Shown one piece after another: positions 9,398 to 16,524 of a stretch of 20,000 nucleotides of DNA. Position numbers and translations under genes: made by a program. Below the pieces are notes generated by a model, which saw only the letters and a list, made by a program, of their open reading frames with translations, was not told the DNA's origin and did not search any database. The DNA comes from an uncultured virus (IMG/VR IMGVR_UViG_3300022836_000006) (taxonomy: Duplodnaviria; Heunggongvirae; Uroviricota; Caudoviricetes), in IMG/VR virus record IMGVR_UViG_3300022836_000006. The stretch is one strand, 5' to 3'. Position 1 is the first letter of the stretch. Each line of letters opens with the position of its first letter.

Positions 9398-9819
9398 TAG
9401 TTGCGGGTGTTCAGGTTTTTCCAGTGCCAGACGTGGTGAAGCTCTGGTCGCCCGCCTTCACCTGTGATGATATGGGTCTCTGGCTCCGTCCGCAGGACCA
9501 TGGCTACGTCATCCCAGCACACCCACACCGTTTGCCCGTCTTGCGACCGCTCGTTTAGGTGATTTTTAATCGATTCCTCCGATTGCTTCTGCCCGGTGTG
9601 GACCCGAATTGTCTCTGCCGTCAGCTCACACAATTTCGCCACGTAGTTGTCGGCAATCTTGGTCGCAAGCACTCGGGTCAGGCCTTCATCTTCCACGACT
9701 TGGAAGCTGGATCGCTGCTCGGTGGTCTCATCGAGGATGGTCATGCCTAGGACATTGGCCAGTTTCAGGCTGCTAGGCAATGATGATTGATGCGCTGCAA
9801 AGTCTGGAGGAGCGGACAC
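9397..9819 (-). CDS. hypothetical protein (start uncertain: GTG 9819 or ATG 9744)
   Basis: Stop overlaps next start (TAATG at 9399-9395), implying translational coupling. Confidence 0.6.
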   Translation of the reverse strand: MSAPPDFAAHQSSLPSSLKLANVLGMTILDETTEQRSSFQVVEDEGLTRVLATKIADNYVAKLCELTAETIRVHTGQKQSEESIKNHLNERSQDGQTVWVCWDDVAMVLRTEPETHIITGEGGRPELHHVWHWKNLNTRN

Positions 9820-9882
9820 ACTTCACCTAAGCAGATGAAGTGTGATGATTCGTGCAAATGCAGTTATCGCGTATCACTTTAC

Positions 9883-10127
9883 CCGTAGCAAATCCCCCCG
9901 GCATACGTCCAATTCAAGGGTGTAATTAGCTGAGTCGGTGGCACAGGATTTACGCCTGCCGTCTGGATCATTGTATCCGGTCCAGTCCGCTGCGGTCGCG
10001 ACCCGCTTGCCAAAACCGCCTGAGAGGGACCACCGACTCAGCCAATTACATGCTACGGTCCTCAGCTCTTTCGAGCACGTAGAATTAAGTCCGGTTGGTA
10101 GTAGTGTATTCAGGCCGGACACCGTAG
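9883..10127 (-). ncRNA. candidate structured non-coding RNA downstream of tRNA-Met
   Basis: 22-bp stem (10050-10029 with 9942-9921) whose non-canonical pairs are G-U only on the minus strand; internal hairpins incl. T-arm-like GCAGG-CGUAAAU-CCUGU; outer CCGUAGCA/UGCUACGG stem; GCUC-GAAA-GAGC hairpin. Confidence 0.6.
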
Positions 10128-10135
10128 ACAGGCAT

Positions 10136-10211
10136 TGGTAGCAGAGGAGGGATTCGAACCCCCGACTTCCAGATTATGAGTCTAGCGATCTAACCGCTGA
10201 TCTACTCTGCA
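10136..10211 (-). tRNA. tRNA-Met (CAU), CCA encoded
   Basis: UGCAGAG UA GAUC AGCGGUUA GAUC G CUAGA CUCAUAA UCUGG AAGUC GGGGG UUCGAAU CCCUC CUCUGCU A CCA; full 76-nt cloverleaf. Confidence 0.95.
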
Positions 10212-10324
10212 ACAATGGCCTGTCATGCCTCCCGGGTGGCGCTCTTGCGAGGTTCGAGCCTTGGGGAGGGGTTCCAGTGGCTATCGCTGAGAGCTGGGAT
10301 CAGTGACCATTCTTCGTGGTTGAG

Positions 10325-10356
10325 CCACTAAGATCGGATCCGCCCTCCAATGTAAA
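10325..10356 (-). promoter_or_regulatory. putative promoter for tRNA/late arm (TTTACA-N19-TTAGTGG)
   Basis: Same motif and 19-nt spacing as upstream of the capsid gene; also directly after a terminator. Confidence 0.45.
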
Positions 10357-10360
10357 CACC

Positions 10361-10392
10361 AAAAAGCCCCAGCCAATGAAGGCCGGGGCTTT
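10361..10392 (-). terminator. intrinsic terminator-like hairpin
   Basis: Minus strand AAAGCCCCGGCC-TTCATT-GGCTGGGGCTTTTT, with a G-U pair and a U-tract in this orientation. Confidence 0.7.
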
Positions 10393-10501
10393 AAGGAAAA
10401 ACGATCACTGTATGCGATAACGCCCCAATTTCTGGGGCCGGCTGCCACCGTCTGCAAGCTAAAATGCAGGTGAGTTTACCACTGTCAGAACACTTTCTTC
10501 A

Positions 10502-10528
10502 TATAGCAGTGATTTAATTATTGCTATA
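10502..10528. promoter_or_regulatory. operator-like inverted repeat in the divergent intergenic region
   Basis: TATAGCA-N13(AT-rich)-TGCTATA between the two transcription arms. Confidence 0.4.
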
Positions 10529-10612
10529 CCGCAGCAGGTATGATCCAGATGGAGGCCACGTCAGTCACTGCTTCGCTCACAACGAGGCTTCACCTCCCAA
10601 ATAACTCAGACC

Positions 10613-11005
10613 ATGAAGTCCTTCAAGATTCTTTCCCGCCACCCCACCCTCGCCGCCGCTGTTGCAGCTGCTGGCATCGATCTCTCATACAATGAGCCTG
10701 AAGCCCGCCGCGAAATCGCCACCACCGACAAGCAGGTGCTGGAGGCCTTCATCGTCGAGAAGTATGGCGAACCTATTGTCCTGTATGTCTACGACTGCGA
10801 CATCCGCCTTTTGAACACGTTCACCCCGTTTTCCAGTTGCCTGTCCGGCAGTGACTTTGGGGTGGCTGCACTGAGCACGGACGGCACCGAGATCGTTGCC
10901 ACCGAGGCTTCAGTTCGATACAGCCGCAACTGCATTTATCGCGTCCAATCAACCCAATGCATTTCCAAGATTGGTGCGATCTGGGCCACCAAAGATTTCT
11001 GCTAA
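10613..11005 (+). CDS. hypothetical protein (first early gene)
   Basis: 130 aa ORF with phage-like codon usage; first ORF of the plus-strand arm. Confidence 0.7.
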   Translation: MKSFKILSRHPTLAAAVAAAGIDLSYNEPEARREIATTDKQVLEAFIVEKYGEPIVLYVYDCDIRLLNTFTPFSSCLSGSDFGVAALSTDGTEIVATEASVRYSRNCIYRVQSTQCISKIGAIWATKDFC

Positions 11006-11087
11006 CCCTCCCACCTGCCTGACCCCTGCCCTGACCCTAGCCCGGTCGGGGGTTTCGGGTGCCCGCTTCTGGGCATCCCTTAATCTT

Positions 11088-11339
11088 ATGAAACAATCCC
11101 CCACCATCATCCACGCATGCCAAGTGCTGCGCTCTCGCGTTGCCTACAAGACGGCAGGTCTTCGGCTCAAAAAATCGTCCCTCATGAACACCGAACGCGA
11201 CACCAAGGCCATCCAGCAGGCCACCGAGCGTTACCGCAATTCGTGGATCGATCCGATCATCGATGCCATCGAGACGGGTGACCTGAAGATGCTCAAGGAT
11301 CTCACGGAACTCGAATCTGGAACCCACATCGAGTCATGA
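11088..11339 (+). CDS. hypothetical protein (83 aa)
   Basis: Start moved to ATG 11088 (MKQSPTII); stop overlaps next ATG (ATGA). Confidence 0.65.
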   Translation: MKQSPTIIHACQVLRSRVAYKTAGLRLKKSSLMNTERDTKAIQQATERYRNSWIDPIIDAIETGDLKMLKDLTELESGTHIES

Positions 11340-11734
11340 GCCAAGTCATCCCAGCCCGCCACGAACTGGTGCTGATGTTCCCACCCTCCTCGTCGTGGGA
11401 CAGCGTCCCCTACCCGATGAAACGCTACAGGGGCGCACTCACCACCATCGCGGACATCCCCTTTGGATCAATGCAGAAGGCGCGAATAGTCCACCTCTGC
11501 GTTCGCCGCAACATGGAGGCAGCGATCCACGACGGAGCTGGGAACAGGGCAGCCCGCCGGGAGGTGATCATCATCACCGATCAGCTCCAGCGCATCCGCC
11601 TCGCAAGAGGCTACCATGCCACCCTTAGCGCCGTCACCTACTGGGCAGACACACCTCGCCCCACACCTCAATCTGCCCGCCCTCTCCTCATTAACCCACA
11701 TGGAGACATCGAGTCTTCAGAACCCTCCCTGTAA
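11336..11734 (+). CDS. hypothetical protein
   Basis: 132 aa, ATGA-coupled to upstream gene. Confidence 0.6.
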   Translation: MSQVIPARHELVLMFPPSSSWDSVPYPMKRYRGALTTIADIPFGSMQKARIVHLCVRRNMEAAIHDGAGNRAARREVIIITDQLQRIRLARGYHATLSAVTYWADTPRPTPQSARPLLINPHGDIESSEPSL

Positions 11735-11741
11735 TATCATT

Positions 11742-12602
11742 ATGACTACATCATCCCCCACCATCATCGTGTCCGCTTTGGATGCGATCACTACCACTGC
11801 CACTGAGGCAGCTATTTCCCGACGTGACGAGTTGCTTGCAACCTGCTCACGTGGACGAAGTGTGCCGACTGCCGAGTCTGCTACCAAGGCCACCGAGGTT
11901 CTGCGGGAAGTCACCACTTTCACGCGCACCATCGAAGCTGCCCGCAGGGATGCCAAAGCGCCGGTCCTAGCTCTGGGCAAGCGCATCGACGCCGTGGCCG
12001 CAGATCTGACCGCTGAGCTCACGGCTGAGTTGGGCCGTATCAATTCGCTAGTGAGCGAGTTCAATGTCACTGAGCAGCGCCGGGCTGCTGAAGAGCGCCG
12101 GAAGGCTGCTGAAGAGCAAGATCGCATCTACCGTGAAGCTGAGCAGAAACGCTTGGACGAAGCTGAAGCTGCCCGTGCTGTTGAGGCTGCTGCCAAGGCC
12201 AAGCAGGATGAGTTGGCGCTGAAGGCATCCCGGGCCAAGTCTGAGGAGCGCCGGGCTGTGCTGGAAGCGCAAGCTGCCAAGGCCAAGGCCAAAGCTGAGG
12301 CTGATGCCGTGATCGAGGCTAAGCGCATCAAGGCTGAGAAGGATCGCGAGGCGCAGGAAATGGCCGCAACCCATGTTGCCGTCGCCATGGCCCAGCCCGT
12401 GAAGGCAGCCGGCACCGCTCTGCGGATGGAGACCAAGTTCGAGATCACCGACATCTACGCATTGTTCGATGCAGTCCCCGGCATGGTCATCCTCACCCCC
12501 AACAAGGCCGCGATCAAAGCCCAGATCAAGACCCTGCCTGAGGGTGCTTCCCTCCCCGGGGTCAAGCACTGGCAGGAGGCTAAAACCACCATCCGCTCGT
12601 AA
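11742..12602 (+). CDS. coiled-coil protein, Gp157/Gam-like phage recombination-module family
   Basis: Start ATG 11742; long Ala/Glu/Lys heptad region, IEAAR...KAPVL..GKRIDA and C-terminal KFEITD...PNKAAIKA.IK....LPGV signature. Confidence 0.7.
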   Translation: MTTSSPTIIVSALDAITTTATEAAISRRDELLATCSRGRSVPTAESATKATEVLREVTTFTRTIEAARRDAKAPVLALGKRIDAVAADLTAELTAELGRINSLVSEFNVTEQRRAAEERRKAAEEQDRIYREAEQKRLDEAEAARAVEAAAKAKQDELALKASRAKSEERRAVLEAQAAKAKAKAEADAVIEAKRIKAEKDREAQEMAATHVAVAMAQPVKAAGTALRMETKFEITDIYALFDAVPGMVILTPNKAAIKAQIKTLPEGASLPGVKHWQEAKTTIRS

Positions 12603-12772
12603 TGAAATACGCACTACGCTCCATTTGGATCCGCTACAATATCACGATGAGCCATGCGGCCAAATTCCTCTCCGACTCTCTCGGTGCCACTGCCTCTGCG
12701 CATTGGAATCGTGCTCAGAAATCAACTGTCGCTTCTCTCAATGAGACGCGAGTAAACCTCGAAATACGCTAA
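12602..12772 (+). CDS. small hypothetical protein (56 aa, not in ORF track)
   Basis: MKYALRSIWIRYNITMSHAAKF...VNLEIR; TAATG overlaps at both ends, exactly filling the gap. Confidence 0.65.
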   Translation: MKYALRSIWIRYNITMSHAAKFLSDSLGATASAHWNRAQKSTVASLNETRVNLEIR

Positions 12773-13179
12773 TGAAGAATCACACCCACAACCTCAAAAC
12801 TCCTGCCGGCCATATCCGGCTCGATGTGCGCCAGTTCGTTGGCCAGCGCACGATACCCAAGGAGCACGTGACCAACATGACCAACTCCGAACTGATCGCT
12901 GAGATCAAAGACGAGACGGGTGATCTGGTTATCCAGAACATCCTGCGCGTGCCCGGCAAAGAGTTCGACAGCAAGGTCGTCTCCTACGGCACCACGTGGT
13001 GGGACGCTTGGAAGATTGCCCACCCCCGGCTCGCTAAGCTGTTCCGCATGGAGCGTCCTCGCGTGACCGTGGCCTCCATCACTGCCAACTCCTTCTACCC
13101 ATCCCTGCGCGTGCCCAATCACAAGGCATTCGTGCAGGTAACGCTAGGTAAGCGCACGGGGACTCTCGATGACTACTAA
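12772..13179 (+). CDS. hypothetical protein
   Basis: 135 aa, TAATG-coupled. Confidence 0.7.
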   Translation: MKNHTHNLKTPAGHIRLDVRQFVGQRTIPKEHVTNMTNSELIAEIKDETGDLVIQNILRVPGKEFDSKVVSYGTTWWDAWKIAHPRLAKLFRMERPRVTVASITANSFYPSLRVPNHKAFVQVTLGKRTGTLDDY

Positions 13180-13414
13180 GGGAAAACCACATCACAATCA
13201 GAAGGGCACGGCACCCCGGGTCCGGCTGGGTGGTGGTCCGTTCATCGACGTCCGCACCATGGCCAAGTTGAAGGCATGGCGCAAAAACGGAGCATCCTTT
13301 GGCGAGATCATCGACCGTCTAACAACTCTCGCGTGCGATCATGGATTCGATCCAGCAACCCTCGCGTATAACAAGAAAACCAAAAGCAAAGTCCCCAGCA
13401 CTGCTAAGCAGTAA
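13169..13414 (+). CDS. small DNA-binding protein, ribbon-helix-helix-like
   Basis: 81 aa, basic; FIDVRTMAKLKAWRKNGASFGEIIDRL fits a strand-helix-helix pattern. Confidence 0.55.
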   Translation: MTTKGKPHHNQKGTAPRVRLGGGPFIDVRTMAKLKAWRKNGASFGEIIDRLTTLACDHGFDPATLAYNKKTKSKVPSTAKQ

Positions 13415-13489
13415 CCGGGGACAATCACGTCGGTCCCAAATAAAAGACCGAGGTGAGTCATCCATAACGTCAGTTAAAATACAATCAAA

Positions 13490-14224
13490 ATGAGTTCAGC
13501 AATTATCACTATCACCCAAATCCTTGCGCTGGTCCCCGGCCCTAAGGGCAAGGCAACTTGGATCAACGAGGAGTTCGACGCTCTCGTCTCCTTCGTCAAG
13601 CAGGACGACAAGAAGGCGGACATCATCCTCCACGACACCAATCAGCCTCAGATCCAGATCGCGGCTACCGTCTGGGGTCGCAACTGCCAGAGCTACCACG
13701 GCACGGTCTGCCACCTCAGCGGCGCTGGCATGTCCCGCACTGAGTTCAAGCAGACCCCTCAGGTCAGCATCGGCGAGAAAGCCGTGATCCAAGTTCTGGG
13801 GAATGCCCCGAACGGGATGGCGGCACCTGCACCTTCACCACAGACGGCACCCGCTGCCTACGTGCCTCCTGTCGCTCCTGCGCCACGCACCCACGCACCC
13901 AAGCCCATCCACGGTGCTACGGTGGGGATGGCCATCAATCAGGCCTGTGGCTTGATCAAGGTCACGCTGGGTGGCATGTCGGACACCTCTGCATTCGGCT
14001 ACCTTCAGTCGTCGGCCTTCTCGAAGGACATGCATGGGCTGGCCAGTGACATCCTGCGGGTGTCAATGCACCTTGAGGCTGGTAACCTTGCCCCGAGTGC
14101 GAAGGTTCGGGAAACGGCTCCTGCTCCTGCTCCGGCTCCTGCTCCTGCTCCTGCTCCCTATCTACAGGATCCGAAGCCCGCATTCCCGGTAGATGACAAC
14201 CTCGACGAAGACGTCCCATTCTAG
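13490..14224 (+). CDS. single-stranded DNA-binding-like protein
   Basis: OB-fold-like beta-rich N-terminus (IQIAATVWG...LSG....EFKQTPQVSIG), Pro/Ala linkers, acidic tail DDNLDEDVPF like the SSB C-terminal motif; adjacent to exonuclease. Confidence 0.65.
   Translation: MSSAIITITQILALVPGPKGKATWINEEFDALVSFVKQDDKKADIILHDTNQPQIQIAATVWGRNCQSYHGTVCHLSGAGMSRTEFKQTPQVSIGEKAVIQVLGNAPNGMAAPAPSPQTAPAAYVPPVAPAPRTHAPKPIHGATVGMAINQACGLIKVTLGGMSDTSAFGYLQSSAFSKDMHGLASDILRVSMHLEAGNLAPSAKVRETAPAPAPAPAPAPAPYLQDPKPAFPVDDNLDEDVPF
14117..14158 (+). repeat. 6-bp tandem repeat x7 encoding (Ala-Pro)7 linker
   Basis: GCTCCN x7 within the SSB-like gene. Confidence 0.85.
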
Positions 14225-14225
14225 T

Positions 14226-15059
14226 ATGAACGACTCATCACATTGGTATGATCGTGAGGGCAACCCCTGTCATACCCAAGCCACCAAGAAGGGGGCCAAG
14301 AATCCTACCCGGGCCACCACCGTCCGTGACGCACGGAAACTGGACCTGTTGGGATCCACCAGCGGCATGCTCGACGTGCTCAGCAAGGACGCTCTGATCC
14401 GCTGGAAGCTTGAGCAGGTCACGAAAGCGTGCTTCGCCGACGGTCATATCTCCTCCTCATACGTCTACCTGACGCCCGAGCAATACCACGAAAAAATGGT
14501 CGATCAGGCCTTCACCAAGGTGGAGCAGGCAGCTGATGCTGGGACTCTCATTCATGCCGCGCTGGACTTAGCATTCCAAGGCGCTGAGTGGGATCACGAT
14601 CAGCAGGTCTTCCTGCCTGAAACTGGATCGGTCGAACCCATGAGCACATTTATCCTGCCCACCCTCGGATGGCTCACTGCCAACGAGGTCGTGGCCACCG
14701 GATACGAGCAGGTCGTGGTCAACGACAAGGAAGGCTACGCTGGCACAGCTGACCTGCCCTACACCCGGCGCAGTGCAGTGGGTGTAGGTGACTACAAGAC
14801 CCGCAAGACCAAGGTCGGAATGCCCGTGAAGGCCTACGACACGCAAGCGATGCAGATCGCCTCCTACCTCGCAGGATTGAATGACAATGTCATCCCAGAG
14901 GGTGCCGAGGGGTTCAACTTGTTCATCTCCACCACCGAACCGGGCCGTATCGAGGCAGTCTGGTATAACCAATCTGAACTCCAGAAAGCATGGGAGGCAT
15001 TCAAGGCCTGCTGTGCAATCTGGCGCTTCCAGAAAAACTACGATCCTCGGATCACTTAA
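14226..15059 (+). CDS. PD-(D/E)XK exonuclease
   Basis: Start ATG 14226; AADAGTLIH, YEQVV...GYAGTADL, GDYKT, MQIASY motifs. Confidence 0.85.
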   Translation: MNDSSHWYDREGNPCHTQATKKGAKNPTRATTVRDARKLDLLGSTSGMLDVLSKDALIRWKLEQVTKACFADGHISSSYVYLTPEQYHEKMVDQAFTKVEQAADAGTLIHAALDLAFQGAEWDHDQQVFLPETGSVEPMSTFILPTLGWLTANEVVATGYEQVVVNDKEGYAGTADLPYTRRSAVGVGDYKTRKTKVGMPVKAYDTQAMQIASYLAGLNDNVIPEGAEGFNLFISTTEPGRIEAVWYNQSELQKAWEAFKACCAIWRFQKNYDPRIT

Positions 15060-15091
15060 TCCCCCGCACAGGCGGAACAACAACCCATAAA

Positions 15092-15706
15092 ATGAAGATC
15101 CTAAAAGTAATCCGTGATAATAATTTCGTGCAAATCAAGCACGAGGTTCAAGGCTATCAAGCCGTCGAAGAACGCGACATCAAAGCGCATGAGGCTCCCC
15201 TCAAATCGTTTGACGATGCACTACAGGCACTCGCCCCTGTCGTCGTCAAATTGCTGGAGTATCCACCATCCAGCAGCTCAACCATCGTGATCAAAAGCAT
15301 CTCGGTGTCCCACACCACCAAGGGCACTCGCTCCGTGGGCATCAGCTTCCGAAAGAAGCTCAACGCAACTGGCAACTATCACCCCATGAGCACCCCAATG
15401 GTGCAGTTCGATGACGCAGCTGAAGGAGAGGGCAACCGCAAGGAAGTCCACGCATCCCATGCGGCACTGATCGACCTGTCTATCGCTGAGGCCATCCGGT
15501 ATTCCGAGGGTGAGCGTCAGCAGGCCTTGCTACCTCTCGACGATGTCGGAAGTCCGGTCTCGCCAGCTGATGGGGACGAGCTGCGTTACGATACCGCCCC
15601 TGCCGGCGATGATGGAGAGGACAACGTCGAGAAGTTCCCTCCTGCCAAGAAGAAGGCACCTGCCAAGAAGAAGGCACCTGCCAAGAAGACCATCGCTAAA
15701 GCCTAA
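15092..15706 (+). CDS. hypothetical protein with acidic linker and histone-H1-like PAKKK tail
   Basis: Start ATG 15092 (MKILKVIRD); ends PAKKKAPAKKKAPAKKTIAKA. Confidence 0.72.
   Translation: MKILKVIRDNNFVQIKHEVQGYQAVEERDIKAHEAPLKSFDDALQALAPVVVKLLEYPPSSSSTIVIKSISVSHTTKGTRSVGISFRKKLNATGNYHPMSTPMVQFDDAAEGEGNRKEVHASHAALIDLSIAEAIRYSEGERQQALLPLDDVGSPVSPADGDELRYDTAPAGDDGEDNVEKFPPAKKKAPAKKKAPAKKTIAKA
15641..15689 (+). repeat. 18-bp tandem repeat x2.7 (PAKKKA)
   Basis: CCTGCCAAGAAGAAGGCA twice plus 13 bp of a third copy. Confidence 0.9.
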
Positions 15707-15719
15707 CCCTTAAACGCTC

Positions 15720-15751
15720 CCCGGGTGCGTCAACCCGGGCCTTTTTCTTTT
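15720..15751 (+). terminator. intrinsic terminator
   Basis: CCCGGGT-GCGTCA-ACCCGGG then CCTTTTTCTTTT, just after the stop at 15706. Confidence 0.7.
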
Positions 15752-16120
15752 ATGTCTACTACCCACCTCCCAATCGAACGCCGTCTCTTCATTTCCCAAG
15801 CTAGTGGATGGAGTGACTTCAGGCAAATCGGTGATCGCCTCTTTGGCGTCCCCCCCGGTCATGTCCCGCTTAACGAGTGCGACAAGTTCCGACTCGTCCC
15901 AGACTACGACGTGGATCTCGATGCCTGCCATGCGGCCGAGAACCTGATGAAGGAGTCCCTCGGTGATGCCTACGCTATCACCCTGCGGATGGTTATCCGT
16001 GAGCGTTACCGGAAGGTGAACAAACCCCATTCGAGCGTCCCAGCATGGCGCAACTACAGCGCCACCGCTTCTGAGCGGACCGAAGCAATCTGCCGCCACC
16101 TCCAACCCAACCCCCAGTAA
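15752..16120 (+). CDS. phage protein, ABA-sandwich/NinX-like family
   Basis: Start ATG 15752; VPDYDVDLDACHAAE and ATASERTEAIC motifs. Confidence 0.6.
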   Translation: MSTTHLPIERRLFISQASGWSDFRQIGDRLFGVPPGHVPLNECDKFRLVPDYDVDLDACHAAENLMKESLGDAYAITLRMVIRERYRKVNKPHSSVPAWRNYSATASERTEAICRHLQPNPQ

Positions 16121-16125
16121 TCATC

Positions 16126-16524
16126 ATGTCCCAGACCCTAGGCCAGTTCGTCGAGTCGGCCATCTTCGACGCCAAGAAAGCGGGCAAGCAATTCCCCCGG
16201 GGAGTGTTCGCCCTTGAAGTAGACAAGCTCCATGCCGCTTGGCTGGTTCAGGACCAGTTCAAACTCGAGGAGGATTGGCCCAAGAATAAGTTCCCCCCCC
16301 CGCACGAAGCAGTGACGCAATACGCGCAGAGCATTGGCTACCCGCTCGACGGTCGATCATTCTGCGACTCCTACGGTCAAAAGGGCTGGTTAGTTGGCAA
16401 GGCCAAGATGAAGGACTGGCAAGCCGCCGTGCGTAATTGGAAATCAAACACGTGGGGCGTGCTCATCACTGCCTCCAGAGCTGCCGACAACAACAACCAA
16501 GCCCGCGACTACACCCAAGTATGA
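16126..16524 (+). CDS. replication-initiator C-terminal-domain protein
   Basis: FPPP.EAV..YA.....DG.SF.D.Y..KGW.VGK.KMKDWQAAVRNW motif; ATGA-coupled to the DnaC-like ATPase. Confidence 0.7.
   Translation: MSQTLGQFVESAIFDAKKAGKQFPRGVFALEVDKLHAAWLVQDQFKLEEDWPKNKFPPPHEAVTQYAQSIGYPLDGRSFCDSYGQKGWLVGKAKMKDWQAAVRNWKSNTWGVLITASRAADNNNQARDYTQV

Noticed and set aside
9921..10050. Retron msr-msd (a1/a2-like inverted repeat) or YrlA Y RNA
   Set aside because: No reverse transcriptase or Ro60 gene in the window, no long msd hairpin, and the T-like arm is 3' rather than in the YrlA order
10060..10135. Theta/HDV-like or hammerhead ribozyme after the tRNA (CUGAGGA present on the minus strand)
   Set aside because: No HDV P1/P3/P1.1 arrangement starting at the tRNA 3' end; CUGAGGA lacks a correctly placed GAAA and NUH
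9874..10141. 82-aa (minus) and 67-aa (plus) ORFs over the structured region
   Set aside because: GTG starts, no recognisable motifs; better explained as RNA structure
10217..10270. Plus-strand GCC-UCCCGGGU-GGC resembling HDV ribozyme P3/L3
   Set aside because: No matching P1 partner upstream and no GG for P1.1 at the expected position
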